From assembly GCA_963758495.1 (NCBI GenBank), contig CAVWVI010000003.1, positions 1,248,001 through 1,312,000 on the forward strand: a stretch of DNA of 64,000 bases. The letters are read 5' to 3'. Positions within the stretch are counted from its first letter, which is position 1; every line of letters starts with the position of its first letter. The notes beneath the pieces are model-generated. The model was not told the origin of the DNA and made no database searches. It saw only the letters and a list, made by a program, of their open reading frames with translations. This document shows positions 9,601 through 22,200 of the stretch, one piece after another. The position numbers and the translations under genes are program-made. The stretch is from Oligoflexia bacterium (GTDB taxonomy: Bacteria > Bdellovibrionota > UBA1018).

Positions 9601-12600
9601 CTTCTTATTCTCTTAAATGGCCAAGTGCTGTCGCTTCCTCCTCAGGACAAGCCCTTACCTCGGATGGCAGTGGCAATCTCAGTTGGACCACTCCTAATAG
9701 CGGATCTGTCACCTCTGTCGCTCTCTCCGCTCCTTCTTTCTTAAGTGTAAGTGGCTCTCCTATCACTTCGAGCGGTACTTTATCGATGAGTCTCGCTACT
9801 CAAACTCAGAACACGATTTTTGCCGCTCCCAATGGAAGCACAGGAGCCCCTGTTTTCAGGGCTCTTGCAGGAGCAGACTTACCTCTTCCTTCATCGAGTA
9901 CTTTGGGAGGTGTTGAAAGCATAGCTTCAGTCTCTCACCAATGGATCAATTCTATCTCCACGAGCGGTGTGCCTAGTTTATCTCAACCTGCTTTCACTGA
10001 CCTCACGGGCACCGCTACTGTAGCTCAAGGCGGTACAGGCACGACTTCTCTCACTTCAAATGGTATCCTCTTAGGAGGCGGAACGGGCGCTATCTCTGCT
10101 ACTGCAACAGGAACTTCTGGACAAGTCCTCACCAGCAATGGCACCAGTGCTCCTACCTTCCAAGCTCTTCCTTCTTCTGTAAGCAGCGTTGGAGCTTCTG
10201 CTCCTCTCGCTTCTTCCGGTGGAACCACTCCTACCATTTCTCTCACTGGAACGATTCCTGTCGCTAATGGTGGTACGGGTTCCGGCACCGCTCTCACCCC
10301 AGGAGGCATTCTCTACGGTAACTCTTCTACTGCTACCGGTACTTCTGCTGCCGGTTCTGCTGGAAACGTCTTAGTCAGCAACGGCGCTTCTGCTCCTTCT
10401 TGGACTGCTACTCCTTCTTTCACTTCGGTTTCTTCTTCGACTTCAATTTCTTCTTCGACTCAAAATTTAAATGGAGCCACTGCCGGGACTCTCTCCCTGA
10501 CTGTTCCTGCTACCGTCACTTCTTATTCTCTTAAATGGCCAAGTGCAGTCGCTTCCTCCGCTGGACAAGCCCTTACCTCGGATGGCAGTGGTAATCTCAG
10601 TTGGACCACTCCTAATAGCGGATCTGTCACCTCTGTCGCTCTCTCCGCTCCTTCGTTCTTAAGTGTAAGTGGCTCTCCTATCACTTCGAGCGGTACTTTA
10701 TCGATGAGTCTTGCGACTCAAACTCAGAACACGATTTTTGCCGCTCCCAATGGAAGCACAGGAGCCCCTGTTTTCAGGGCTCTTGCAGGAGCAGACTTAC
10801 CTAATCCTTCGTCCTCTACATTAGGCGGTATTGAAAGCATAGCTTCAGTCTCTCACCAATGGATCAATTCTATCTCCACGAGCGGTGTGCCTAGTTTATC
10901 TCAACCTGCTTTCACTGACCTCACGGGCACCGCTACTGTAGCTCAAGGCGGTACAGGCACGACTTCTCTCACTTCAAACGGTATCCTCTTAGGAGGCGGA
11001 ACGGGCGCTATCTCTGCTACTGCTACTGGAACTTCTGGACAAGTCCTCACCAGCAATGGCACCAGTGCTCCTACCTTCCAGGCTCTTCCTTCTTCTGTAA
11101 GCAGTGTAGGAGCTTCTGCTCCTCTCGCTTCTTCCGGTGGAACCACTCCGACCATTTCTCTGACTGGAACCATTCCTGTCGCTAATGGCGGTACGGGTTC
11201 TGGCACCGCTCTCACCCCAGGGGGCGTTCTCTACGGCAGCTCTGCTACCGCTTCCGGTTCTTCTGCAGCGGGTTCTGCTGGAAACGTCTTGATCAGCAAC
11301 GGGACTTCTGCTCCTTCTTGGACTGCTACTCCTTCTTTCACTTCGATTTCTGCTCCTTCTCATTTACTCACAGGAGCTACTTCTGGAACTCTCACCATGA
11401 ACGTTCCTGCTACCGTCACTTCTTATTCTCTTAAATGGCCAAGCGCTGTCGCTTCCTCGGGACAAGCCCTCACCTCTGATGCCAGTGGCAATCTCAGTTG
11501 GACCACTCTCAGTAACGGAACCACAAGCGTTGGAGCTCTGGACGGACAAACTGCAAACTCAAATGGCTTAACGATCTCAGGCACAAGTATTTATGCTCAA
11601 AGTGCTTCTGCTTCCAATCCTGGATTAGTGAACACTGCGACACAAACACTTGCAGGTGCTAAAACCTTTAGTTCTGCCCTTACCGCCTCAAACGGTTTCA
11701 GTGTGACAAGTGGAAACGTCGGTATCGGAACGAGTTCTACTTCTCCTATGAGTATTCTGGGTATTTCCAATTGGGGAGTGATCGACGTGATGGGCAATGG
11801 GTCTAACGCTGAAAGCTCTGTGGGTTTTCACTCTTCAAATATTTCAAAAGGAAGTCCAGGACAGTGGTTAATTGGAACTAATATCGGTTCTTCGTCAGGT
11901 GCTAATAACTTCGCTATTTTATCTCAAGGTAATTCCATCATGACAATGCAACAGGCCGGCAACGTCGGCATTGGCACTGCTACACCTGCATACACCCTTG
12001 ATATCAGTGGAACTGGACATATCTCAGGTGCTGTAACATTATCTGCTCTAGGCACGGGTATCGTTCGTGCCAACTCAAGTGGTCTCCTTTCTTCATCTAC
12101 CTTAGCAGGAGCAGACTTACCTCTTCCTTCGTCTAGCTCTTTGGGAGGTGTCCAATCTCTCGCTCCTACCACCAGTAAGTGGATTAATTCTATCTCGACT
12201 AGCGGTGTTCCTACGGCTTCTCAACCTGCTTTCACCGATATCTCTGGCACTGCTACTGTGGCTCAAGGGGGTACAGGCGCTACTTCTCTCACCTCAAACG
12301 GAATCCTCTTAGGAGGCGGGACAGGTGCTATCACGGCTACTGCTACTGGATCTTCTGGACAAGTCCTCACCAGCAATGGCACCAGTGCTCCTACCTTCCA
12401 GGCTCTTCCTTCTTCTGTAAGCAGTGTAGGAGCTTCTGCTCCTCTGGCTTCTTCCGGTGGAACCACTCCGACCATTTCTCTCACTGGAACGATTCCTGTC
12501 GCTAATGGCGGTACGGGTTCTACCGCGGCTCTCACCCCAGGAGGTCTTCTCTACAGCAGCTCTACTACTGCTTCCGGCACCACTGCTGCGGGTTCTTCTG

Positions 12601-15600
12601 GAAATGTCTTAGTCAGCAACGGGGCCTCTGCTCCTTCTTGGACGACTACCCTGAATGTGACCAGTGGCAACGTCGGCATCGGAACGACAAGCCCTGGAGG
12701 GGAACTGGAACTTTTTAACTCCACACAACTTTCCTCTCGGCTCAATCTTACAGGCCAGGAATTTTATAATGCAGGCAATAGCTCAACAAGCGGTATTGCT
12801 TTCCTACTCGGAGTCAATCGTACTAACAATAGACAACTTTGGATTGGTGATAGCGCTGCTATGACGCAGAACTCTACCAATGCCGTATTCCGTCTTCAAA
12901 CCAATTCGGGAGGTGGCATAGTAACAATAGATTCCGTAGGAACAGACGGAATCACGGCTAAGCCATTGGCTATTGGAAATACGGGCGCCAATGTGACTCT
13001 GCTAGGCAACGTCGGTATCGGAACTACCACTCCGAACACTCAGTTTGAAGTTGCATCATCCTCTGGTCCGACCCTCACATTAAACAATACCGGCGATGGG
13101 AGTGCTACGATCCAGTTTCGTACCCTCGGTGGATATACCCCCTCCGCTCAGATCCAAGCAGCTGATGACGGTAATTTTGCTGGCAACATGATGTTCTCGA
13201 CTAAAACCACAGGTAATAGTGGTACTAACCCACTGGCAGAAAGAATGAGGATCACATCCACTGGCAACGTCGGCATTGGAACGACGAGTCCGTCTGGTAT
13301 ACTCGACGTTGCAGGAGGGAATAACAATGCGATGTACGTTCGCGACGGTAGCGGCGGAAACAATGGAACACTCCGGTTCCTTAATTCCGGTGGCACAAAC
13401 TACATCCAAAGCGGTACTTCGACATCCAACAGCAGCGCACCTCTCGTTTTTGCAAGCATGAATAGCGGTACTCCTTGGATGACTATCGCATCAACCGGCA
13501 ACGTCGGCATCGGCACAACAAGTCCTGCATACACCCTTGACGTCAGTGGAACGGGTCGCTTTACAACCAGTCTCACTGCTCCTTCTCATTTACTCACAGG
13601 AAGCACTTCGGGAACTCTCACCATGGCCGTTCCTGCTACCGTCACTTCTTATTCTCTTAAATGGCCAAGTGCTGTCGCTTCCTCCGCTGGACAAGCCCTC
13701 ACCTCGGATGGCAGTGGTAATCTCAGTTGGACCACTCCTAATAGCGGATCTGTCACCTCTGTCGCTCTCTCCGCTCCTTCATTTTTAAGTGTAAGTGGCT
13801 CTCCTATCACTTCGAGCGGTACTTTATCGATGAGTCTTGCGACTCAAACTCAGAACACGATTTTTGCCGCTCCCAATGGAAGCACAGGAGCCCCTGTTTT
13901 CAGGGCTCTTGCAGGAGCAGACTTACCTCTTCCTTCATCGAGTACTTTGGGAGGTGTTGAAAGCATAGCTTCAGTCTCTCACCAATGGATCAATTCTATC
14001 TCCACGAGCGGTGTGCCTAGTTTATCTCAACCTGCTTTCACCGACCTCACGGGCACCGCAACTGTAGCTCAAGGCGGTACAGGTGCTACTTCTCTCACTT
14101 CAAATGGAATCCTCTTAGGAGGCGGAACAGGCTCTATCACTGCTACTGCAACAGGAACTTCTGGACAAGTCCTCACCAGCAATGGCACCAGTGCTCCTAC
14201 CTTCCAAGCTCTTCCTTCTTCTGTGACGAGCGTAGGAGCTTCTGCTCCTCTCGCTTCTTCTGGTGGAACCACTCCTACCATTTCTCTGACTGGAACGATT
14301 CCTGTCGCTAATGGCGGTACGGGATCTGGCACCGCTCTCACCCCAGGGGGCGTTCTCTACGGCAGCTCTGCTACCGCTTCCGGTACTACCTCCGCTGGCA
14401 CCTCTGGAAACGTCTTAATCAGCAACGGCACTTCTGCTCCTTCTTGGACTGCTACTCCTTCTTTCACTTCTATTTCTGCTCCTTCTCATTTACTCACAGG
14501 AGCTACTTCTGGAACTCTCACCATGAACGTTCCTGCTACCGTCACTTCTTATTCTCTTAAATGGCCAAGCGCTGTCGCTTCCTCGGGACAAGCCCTCACC
14601 TCTGATGCCAGTGGAAATCTCAGTTGGACCACTCTGAGTAACGGAACCACAAGCGTTGGCGCTCTGGACGGACAAACTGCAAACTCAAATGGCTTAACGA
14701 TCTCAGGCACAAGTATTTATGCTCAAAGTGCTTCTTCCTCCAATCCAGGATTAATGAACACGACAACACAAACACTTGCAGGTGCCAAAACCTTTAGCTC
14801 TCTCATGACAGGCTCAAACGGCCTTAACGTGACAAGTGGAAACGTCGGTATCGGCACAACGAGTCCGGCTACCGCCCTTCAAGTGAATGGTAGCATTTCT
14901 CAATATGGGGCTGCTGCTGCGAATCAGAGCAGCTACCTTCAAACTAATGCTTCAAATCAAGTCAGCACTACATTATTGAATCCTGGCATTCTCGTTTATG
15001 GTGATACACTCAGTCGTTATGGAATGGATTTGGGTTATAATAATTCCCGCTATCGGAATCGAATTTTCGTGCCAAATGCGAATGATATTTCCTTCGCTAC
15101 CCATGTTGCAGGAACGGTTCCAACCGCACAGTCCAGCTTTACCGAATTAATGACTATTCGAGGGGACTCCGGCAACGTCGGCATCGGCACAACAAGTCCT
15201 GCATACACCCTTGACGTCAGTGGAACGGGTCGCTTTACAACCAGTCTCACGGCTCCTTCTCATTTACTCACAGGAAGCACTTCGGGAACTCTCACCATGG
15301 CCGTTCCTGCTACCGTCACTTCTTATTCTCTTAAATGGCCAAGTGCTGTCGCTTCCTCCGCTGGACAAGCCCTCACCTCGGATGGCAGTGGTAATCTCAG
15401 TTGGACCACTCTGAGTAGTGGATCTGTCACCAGCGTAGGGGCTTCTGCTCCTCTCGCTTCTTCTGGTGGAACCACTCCTACTATTTCTCTCACTGGAACA
15501 ATTCCTGTCGCTAATGGCGGTACAGGCACGACTTCTCTCACTTCAAACGGTATCCTCTTAGGAGGCGGAACAGGCTCTATCACCGCTACTGCTACTGGAA

Positions 15601-17507
15601 CTTCCGGACAAGTCCTCACCAGCAATGGCACCAGTGCTCCTACCTTCCAGGCTCTTCCTTCTTCTGTAAGCAGTGTAGGAGCCTCTGCTCCTCTCGCTTC
15701 TTCCGGTGGAACCACTCCGACCATTTCTCTCACTGGAACGATTCCTGTCGCTAATGGCGGTACGGGTTCTGGCACCGCTCTGACCCCAGGGGGCGTTCTC
15801 TACGGCAGCTCTGCTACCGCTTCCGGTACTACCTCCGCTGGCACCTCTGGAAACGTCTTAATCAGCAACGGCACTTCTGCTCCTTCTTGGACGGCTACCC
15901 CTTCTTTCACTTCGATTTCTGCTCCTTCTCATTTACTCACAGGAAGCACTTCTGGAACTCTCACCATGACCGTTCCTGCTACCGTCACTTCTTATTCTCT
16001 TAAATGGCCAAGTGCTGTCGCTTCCTCCGCTGGACAAGTTCTCTCCTCTGATGGCAGTGGAAATCTCAGTTGGAGCGCTCCTACTAGCGGAATCACAAGC
16101 GTTGGCGCTCTGGACGGAGGCACTGCAAACTCAAATGGCTTAACCATCTCAGGCTCAAGTATTTATGCGCAAAGTGCTTCTGCTACCAATGCAGGATTAG
16201 TGAACACTACGACACAAACACTTGCAGGCGCTAAAACCTTTAGTTCTCTCATGACAGGCTCAAGTGGTCTTAATGTGACAAGTGGCAACGTCGGCATCGG
16301 AACAACAAGTCCTAATAATGCCTTGGAAATAGGTGTAAGTGGCGGAGCTTTGAGCTTCCGCAACACCTCTGGAAACTATACTGCAGTCGGCATGACTTAT
16401 GATTCTACAACCGACACGCTCCAAATCCAAAGTAATAACGGCTCTAGTCAGTTAAATCGGACTAATATGGCGATTGCCCGAACCTCTGGCAACGTCGGCA
16501 TTGGAACTACTGCACCTGCATACAACCTTGACGTAACAGGCACGGGTCGTTACACAAGTGATTTGGCAGTCAACGGCATAGAGCGGCTCACCGGTGCTTT
16601 GGAAGCCGGTGGAAACGTACTCCTTCCAAATAACAGTGGTAGCACTGGTAGTTTTGCCTATAAAATTTATCTAGCTGGATCAAATATTAATGGATCAACA
16701 TATGACGCGAACCACTACCTTTACTCTTCCGGTTCAGCTGGAAACAACATGTTTTTTGGTGAATATGGGGGTAATTTTAACTTCTATGATACTTCCGCCA
16801 ACGCTAATGTCATGACCATCACTGGAGGCAACGTCGGCATTGGAACATCAAGCCCTGGTGGTGAACTCGAGCTTTTCAATTCTACACAAAATTCCTCTCG
16901 GCTCAATCTTACAGGCCAGGAATTTTATAATGCAGGCTATAGCTCAACAAGCGGTATTGCTTTCCTACTCGGAGTCAATCGTACTAACAATAGACAACTT
17001 TGGATTGGTGATAGCGCTGCTATGGCGCAGAGCTCTTCGAATGCCGTATTCCGTCTTCAAACCAACTCGGGGGGAGGCACCGTGACAATAGATTCCGTAG
17101 GAACAGACGGAGTCACGGCTAAGCCATTGGCTGTTGGAAATACGGGCGCCAATCTGACTCTGCAAGGCAACTCCCTCAAAGCTACATCTTTAGGCGGAGG
17201 ATCCGCAAATGGATATGTACGTGCTGACACCAGTGGTAACCTCACATCAGTCAGCAATATCCATGCAGCTACCTGTACAGTAACGACTGCATCTAACGTA
17301 AGTAGCATCTCTTGCCCCGCTAACATGACTGCGATGAGCGGAGGAGCACAATGTATTAATGGAGATAAACAAGTTTTACAGGCCTCTTATCCTACTGGTG
17401 GTAGTTCTAGCTCTGGTCCCACTGGATGGGCCGTCTCCTGCGTGAATTCCACTGCAACGAATACTTTCGAGAACCCTAGCACCATCTGGGTCACTTGCTG
17501 CCTGTAG
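6667..17507 (+). CDS. Giant fibre-like adhesin 1 (~3,600 aa; resembles Bdellovibrio mosaic adhesive trimer fibres) with Cys-rich tip; frameshifted near 9012-9057
   Basis: ORFs 6622..9105 and 9048..17507 join across a net +2 indel. Signal peptide after Met 6667; N-terminal FSYQG...GSTPYAKVA domain; long S/T/G repeats; 11 GNVGIGT motifs; C-terminal CP...SGG..C...S.P...GW.V.C...W.TCC domain. Confidence 0.8.
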
Positions 17508-17545
17508 AAATTGAAAGCGATGTGAGCTACATCCATCCTGATGCT

Positions 17546-18145
17546 TTATTGTTGGATCACACAACGTACCGAACTATCCTGAAAACTCCTGTGGCCGAGG
17601 TAAATGCCGCCACCATTGCCATAGAAGTAGTAGAAATAAAAAGCATCGGAGGGATGGATCGACGACGACCAAAACCAATTGTTCACCATATCAGGGATTA
17701 CATTACGATCATAATGATTTGGAGCCCCCATCGCTCTTGCTAAAGCCTCGTACTCTTCCCGAGTGGGCAATCTTGCTCCTCCTCCCAAATTTTGACAAAA
17801 CTCCTCTGCGCTAGGTTGATTCATTTTCTTCACAACGAGATCTACTCCACGATCGAAAATACCTCTTCGCTGCTCTCGTTTTGCAGCCCCACTCCAAATC
17901 ACGTTCCCCACTTGATACATGCTCCCAAGCCGAACAAACGCAGGAGTTCCTCGAACTCGCTCATCGTCCTCCCTCACTGGGATCAGCCGCTCTGCTGAAG
18001 GCTGGGCAACAGGAACTCTGAGTGCAGCACCACGATCGGGGTTAGCAGACTTTGCAGCCTCCGAAAGTCGTTCATCCAGGACTAGAACTAACGAGGAAAC
18101 CACTAAAAACCCAAAAAGGATCGATATAAACCTATCTCTTTTCAT
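17546..18145 (-). CDS. Membrane-anchored protein with C-terminal C-type-lectin-fold (DUF1566/Lcl-like) domain
   Basis: N-terminal TM helix; AEEFCQNLGGGARLPTREE...WFWSSS...SVRCV motif pattern. Confidence 0.7.
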   Translation of the reverse strand: MKRDRFISILFGFLVVSSLVLVLDERLSEAAKSANPDRGAALRVPVAQPSAERLIPVREDDERVRGTPAFVRLGSMYQVGNVIWSGAAKREQRRGIFDRGVDLVVKKMNQPSAEEFCQNLGGGARLPTREEYEALARAMGAPNHYDRNVIPDMVNNWFWSSSIHPSDAFYFYYFYGNGGGIYLGHRSFQDSSVRCVIQQ

Positions 18146-18230
18146 GCATCGCCTCAATTCGGTAATCTAACCAAGAGCTTGCTGGCTCGATCCGAACACC
18201 TCTGATCTCCAACGGCTTTTCCATATGCAG

Positions 18231-18933
18231 TTAGACTATCTGGTCCGACCAGAGTTGCTCCAGAAAATACTCTACCGGAAGGATTTCAATTCCCTTCACC
18301 GTCCGATGTGTTGTTTCTCGGCAAACGACGATCCTACGTCTCAATTTCTGCTCTTCCGAAAGAGCAAGGAGCCCTTTTAAATCGTCTTGAATAATCCGCC
18401 GACTTGCTTTCACTTCAATTCCAATTTCGCCGTTGACTAGAAAATCCACTTCAAATCCGCTCTGAGAGCGCCAAAAATTAAGATCTTCGATATTCCGATA
18501 ATCACAATAGGTTTTTAATTCATGAAAGAAATAGGTTTCCAACGATTCCCCAAACTGCGGGGAATTCGACTCTAGAATTTTTATTTTTCTTAAATAATTT
18601 ACAATTCCAATATCAAAAAAATAGAACTTGGAAGTCAGAATAGCCTTACGATTTTGAGTCCGCCGCCAAGGTTCTAGGTTGTATCCAATCAGAGTATCTA
18701 TCAAGATTTGAAAATAATTCTGCACAGTCGAACGGGGAACTGCAGAATCCTGAGAAATCTTCTCACTGCGCAAGTTGAAGATAAATCTCCTCATCCAGCA
18801 AATCAATGATTCTCGCATGGGGGAGTGCACGCTGAATGAGAGAAGTCTTTCCAGTCTGTCGTGGCCCCAAAAGAAAACATGATTTTTGCTTAAGAATAGA
18901 GCCCAAGTCTAATAATCGATGAATATATTCCAT
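18231..18933 (-). pseudogene. AAA_14/DUF4143 ATPase with large internal deletion
   Basis: N-terminal Walker A LLGPRQTGKT in one frame joins, out of frame, to a C-terminal DUF4143 part (KFYFFDIG...FWRSQSGFEVDF...IEVK); the middle, including Walker B, is absent. Confidence 0.75.
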
Positions 18934-18992
18934 AATCGCCCCGTCGCCAACTGATCCGGCATTTATGATCATAATCGCCGGGTTCGTTGGCG
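18931..18992. promoter_or_regulatory. Palindromic operator-like structure at the AAA/DUF4143 start
   Basis: CGCCAAC...GTTGGCG arms, core palindrome TTATGATCATAA (18963-18974), CATAATCGCC repeated twice. Confidence 0.55.
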
Positions 18993-19048
18993 CAGGCAAG
19001 CTAAATTTTGAACAAAAGTCATCCGCAATCCTTCTTTTAGTGCATACC

Positions 19049-19092
19049 GGCGCACAGATTACCGTCGAAAAACTTGAATCAATGGATACTTG
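19049..19092. repeat. 44-bp exact direct repeat of an internal mazF segment (other copy 30332..30375)
   Basis: GGCGCACAGATTACCGTCGAAAAACTTGAATCAATGGATACTTG present at both sites. Confidence 0.9.
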
Positions 19093-19237
19093 GCTTCCAA
19101 TAGCCCCTAATGTCTTGACCTCTCAACCAAAACTACACTATTAGACTTTAATTCGAATACACAACCCGTGTCAGACCCTACACAGCTACGCAGTTAGCGT
19201 CAAAATGTTATCCTTTATTTAATAGTTATGAAGGACT

Positions 19238-19266
19238 TAATAATTCGTCGGAAAATATCCGATATA
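19238..19266 (+). promoter_or_regulatory. Putative sigma-28 (FliA)-type promoter of fibre gene 2
   Basis: TAAT-N16-TCCGATAT, with CCGATA 8 nt upstream of the ATG at 19273; ~80 bp further upstream also conserved with fibre gene 1. Confidence 0.4.
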
Positions 19267-19272
19267 TTCTCA

Positions 19273-22200
19273 ATGAGCGTAAAAGTAGGTCTGTACTTTG
19301 CCTTGTGTTTTGCTTTTTTATCAAATGCGTTCGCGTCACCTATCTCTAACAGCTTCTCCTTTCAAGGTAAGTTCTTGAATAGCGATGGGACGGCGCCCCT
19401 TTTAAGTGTGATTGATTTAACACTGGGGATTTATGATCCGAGCGGGAGCTGCTTACTCTACGAAGAAAAACAAACGGGTCTTGACCTTTCCGTTTCAGGA
19501 GGCATTTTTTCTGTTCAAGTAGGGTCAGCGGTGGGTGCTTCACAACGCGATTCCAATGACCAGGGCCTCAGCATGGATGGAGTCTTTGCGAATACGCCTC
19601 TCCCCATTTTACCAGCCGCTTCACCCAACTGTACAAACGGCTACATTCCGACTGCTACTGATGCCAGAGTACTTCGAGTCACTGTAACCCCAGAGGATAC
19701 TGGAATTCCCACCACTCTGAGTCCCGATCTAGTCCTCGGGTCCACTCCTTATGCAAAGGTTGCAGAATCAGTTCAAGGCATCTTACCTACCGGTTTTGTT
19801 CAAGTCATAGGGAATGTCACTCAGGCCAATCTCACCACCTTAACTGGAGGTGCCACTACTGATGCGAGTTCTTTACATAACCATGACTCTCTCTATGTTA
19901 AATTGGGGACCAATAACCAAAGTTTCAATTTAGGTACCAATACGACTTTAAGTATGGGCAGCTCAAGTACTCTGGGCTTGGGTGCGGGAAGCTTATTAGG
20001 GCTCGGTACTTTCGCCGGCACTCCTACTGGATTAGGAATCTCAAACCAAGGCACAACCTGGTACAATACTTCTACCAATGAAGTTGACTATTGGAATGGC
20101 ACTAGTGCGGTATCTATGGGTGGAACTGGAGCGAGTTCAGTCACTCTGGCAGGAGATGTCACAGGGCCTTCTGGCTCCAATACACTTTCTAGTGTAGGGA
20201 CTCCAGGAACTTATACAAAAGTCACCACGGATTCTAAAGGACGAGTTATCAGTGGTACATCCTTGAGTGCAAGTGACGTAACTACCGCACTTACCTTCAC
20301 TCCTCTCAGCAACACAGGCGCTACGTCTTATTCATTACTGGGAGCCACTTCCGGCACTCTCAGCATGACTGTTCCTGCTACCGTCACTTCTTATTCTCTT
20401 AAATGGCCCAGTGCTGTCGCTTCCTCCGCTGGACAAGCTCTCACTTCCGATGCGAGTGGAAATCTCAGTTGGACTTCTTTAGGTACCGGGTCAGTGAGTT
20501 CGGTCGCTCTCTCCGCTCCTTCGTTCTTAAGCGTCACTGGCTCTCCTATCACTTCCAGTGGTACTTTATCGATGAGTCTCGCTACTCAAACTCAAAACAC
20601 GATCTTCGCCGCTCCCAACGGAAGCTCAGGAACTCCTTCTTTCAGATCTTTAGTGGGAGCAGACTTACCTCTTCCTTCATCCAGCTCTTTGGGAGGCGTT
20701 CAATCTCTCACTCCTACAAGCAGTAAGTGGATTAATTCTATTTCGACTAGCGGTGTTCCTACGGCTTCTCAACCTGCTTTCACCGATATCTCTGGCACTG
20801 CCACTGTAGCTCAAGGCGGTACAGGTGCTACTTCTCTCACTTCAAACGGTATCCTCTTAGGAGGCGGAACAGGCGCTATCACGGCTACTGCAACGGGGAC
20901 CTCTGGACAAGTCCTCACCAGCAACGGCACCAGTGCTCCTACCTTTCAAACTCTTGCTTCTTCTGTCACCAGCGTAGGAGCTTCTGCTCCGCTCGCTTCT
21001 TCCGGTGGAACCACTCCTACCATTTCTCTCACTGGAACGATTCCTGTCGCTAATGGGGGTACGGGATCTGCCACAGCTCTCACCCCAGGCGGTATTCTCT
21101 ACGGTAACTCTTCTACTGCTACCGGTACTTCTGCTGCCGGTTCTGCTGGAAACGTCTTGATCAGCAACGGCGCTTCTGCTCCTTCTTGGACCGCTACTCC
21201 TTCTTTCACTTCGGTTTCTTCTTCGACTTCAGTTTCTTCTTCGACTCAAAATTTAAATGGAGCCACTGCCGGGACTCTCTCCCTGACTGTCCCTGCTACC
21301 GTCACTTCTTATTCTCTTAAATGGCCCAGTGCTGTCGCTTCCTCCGCTGGACAAGCCCTCACCTCGGATGCCAGTGGGAATCTCAGTTGGACTTCTTTAC
21401 AGACTTCGGGAAATTACGTCACAACCGTGGGATCTTTTGACGGACAAACTGCAAACTCAAATGGCTTAACGATCTCAGGTACAAGCATTTATGCACAAAG
21501 CGCTTCTTCTACTAACCCAGGATTAGTGAACACTACGACACAAACTTTTGCAGGTGCTAAAACCTTTAGCTCAACCATTACTGGAACGACTTCTGGAAAC
21601 ACCACTTACACAGCAAACCAATACGGGGTGGTTCTCAGCGGTTCTGGAAATGCGATGAATGTATTGGCTCCTAACTCCTCCACCTCACTTCCTTTCATCA
21701 GCGGAGGTTCCTCAGCTAATCCTTCTTGGGGAGTCTTAAGCGTGGCCGGCGGTGGAACAGGCGCTACTTCTCTCACCTCAAACGGCATCCTCTTAGGAGG
21801 CGGAACAGGCTCTATCACGGCTACTGCAACTGGATCTACAGGACAAGTCCTCACCAGCAATGGCACCAGTGCTCCTTCCTTCCAAGCTCTTCCTTCTTCT
21901 GTAACGAGCGTTGGGGCTTCTGCTCCTCTCGCTTCTTCCGGTGGAACCACTCCTACCATTTCTCTGACTGGAACGATTCCTGTCGCTAATGGTGGTACGG
22001 GATCTGCCACAGCTCTCACCCCAGGAGGCATTCTCTACGGTAACTCTTCTACTGCTTCCGGTACTTCTGCTGCCGGTTCTGCTGGAAACGTCTTGATCAG
22101 CAACGGAGCTTCTGCTCCTTCTTGGACTGCTACTCCTTCTTTCACTTCGATTTCTGCTTCTTCTTATTCACTGTCAGGAAACACTTCTGGTACTGTCACC

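Noticed and set aside
17270..17507. Shufflon, suggested by the PilV-like Cys-rich tip of fibre 1
   Set aside because: No alternative inverted tip cassettes, sfx-like sites or tyrosine recombinase nearby.
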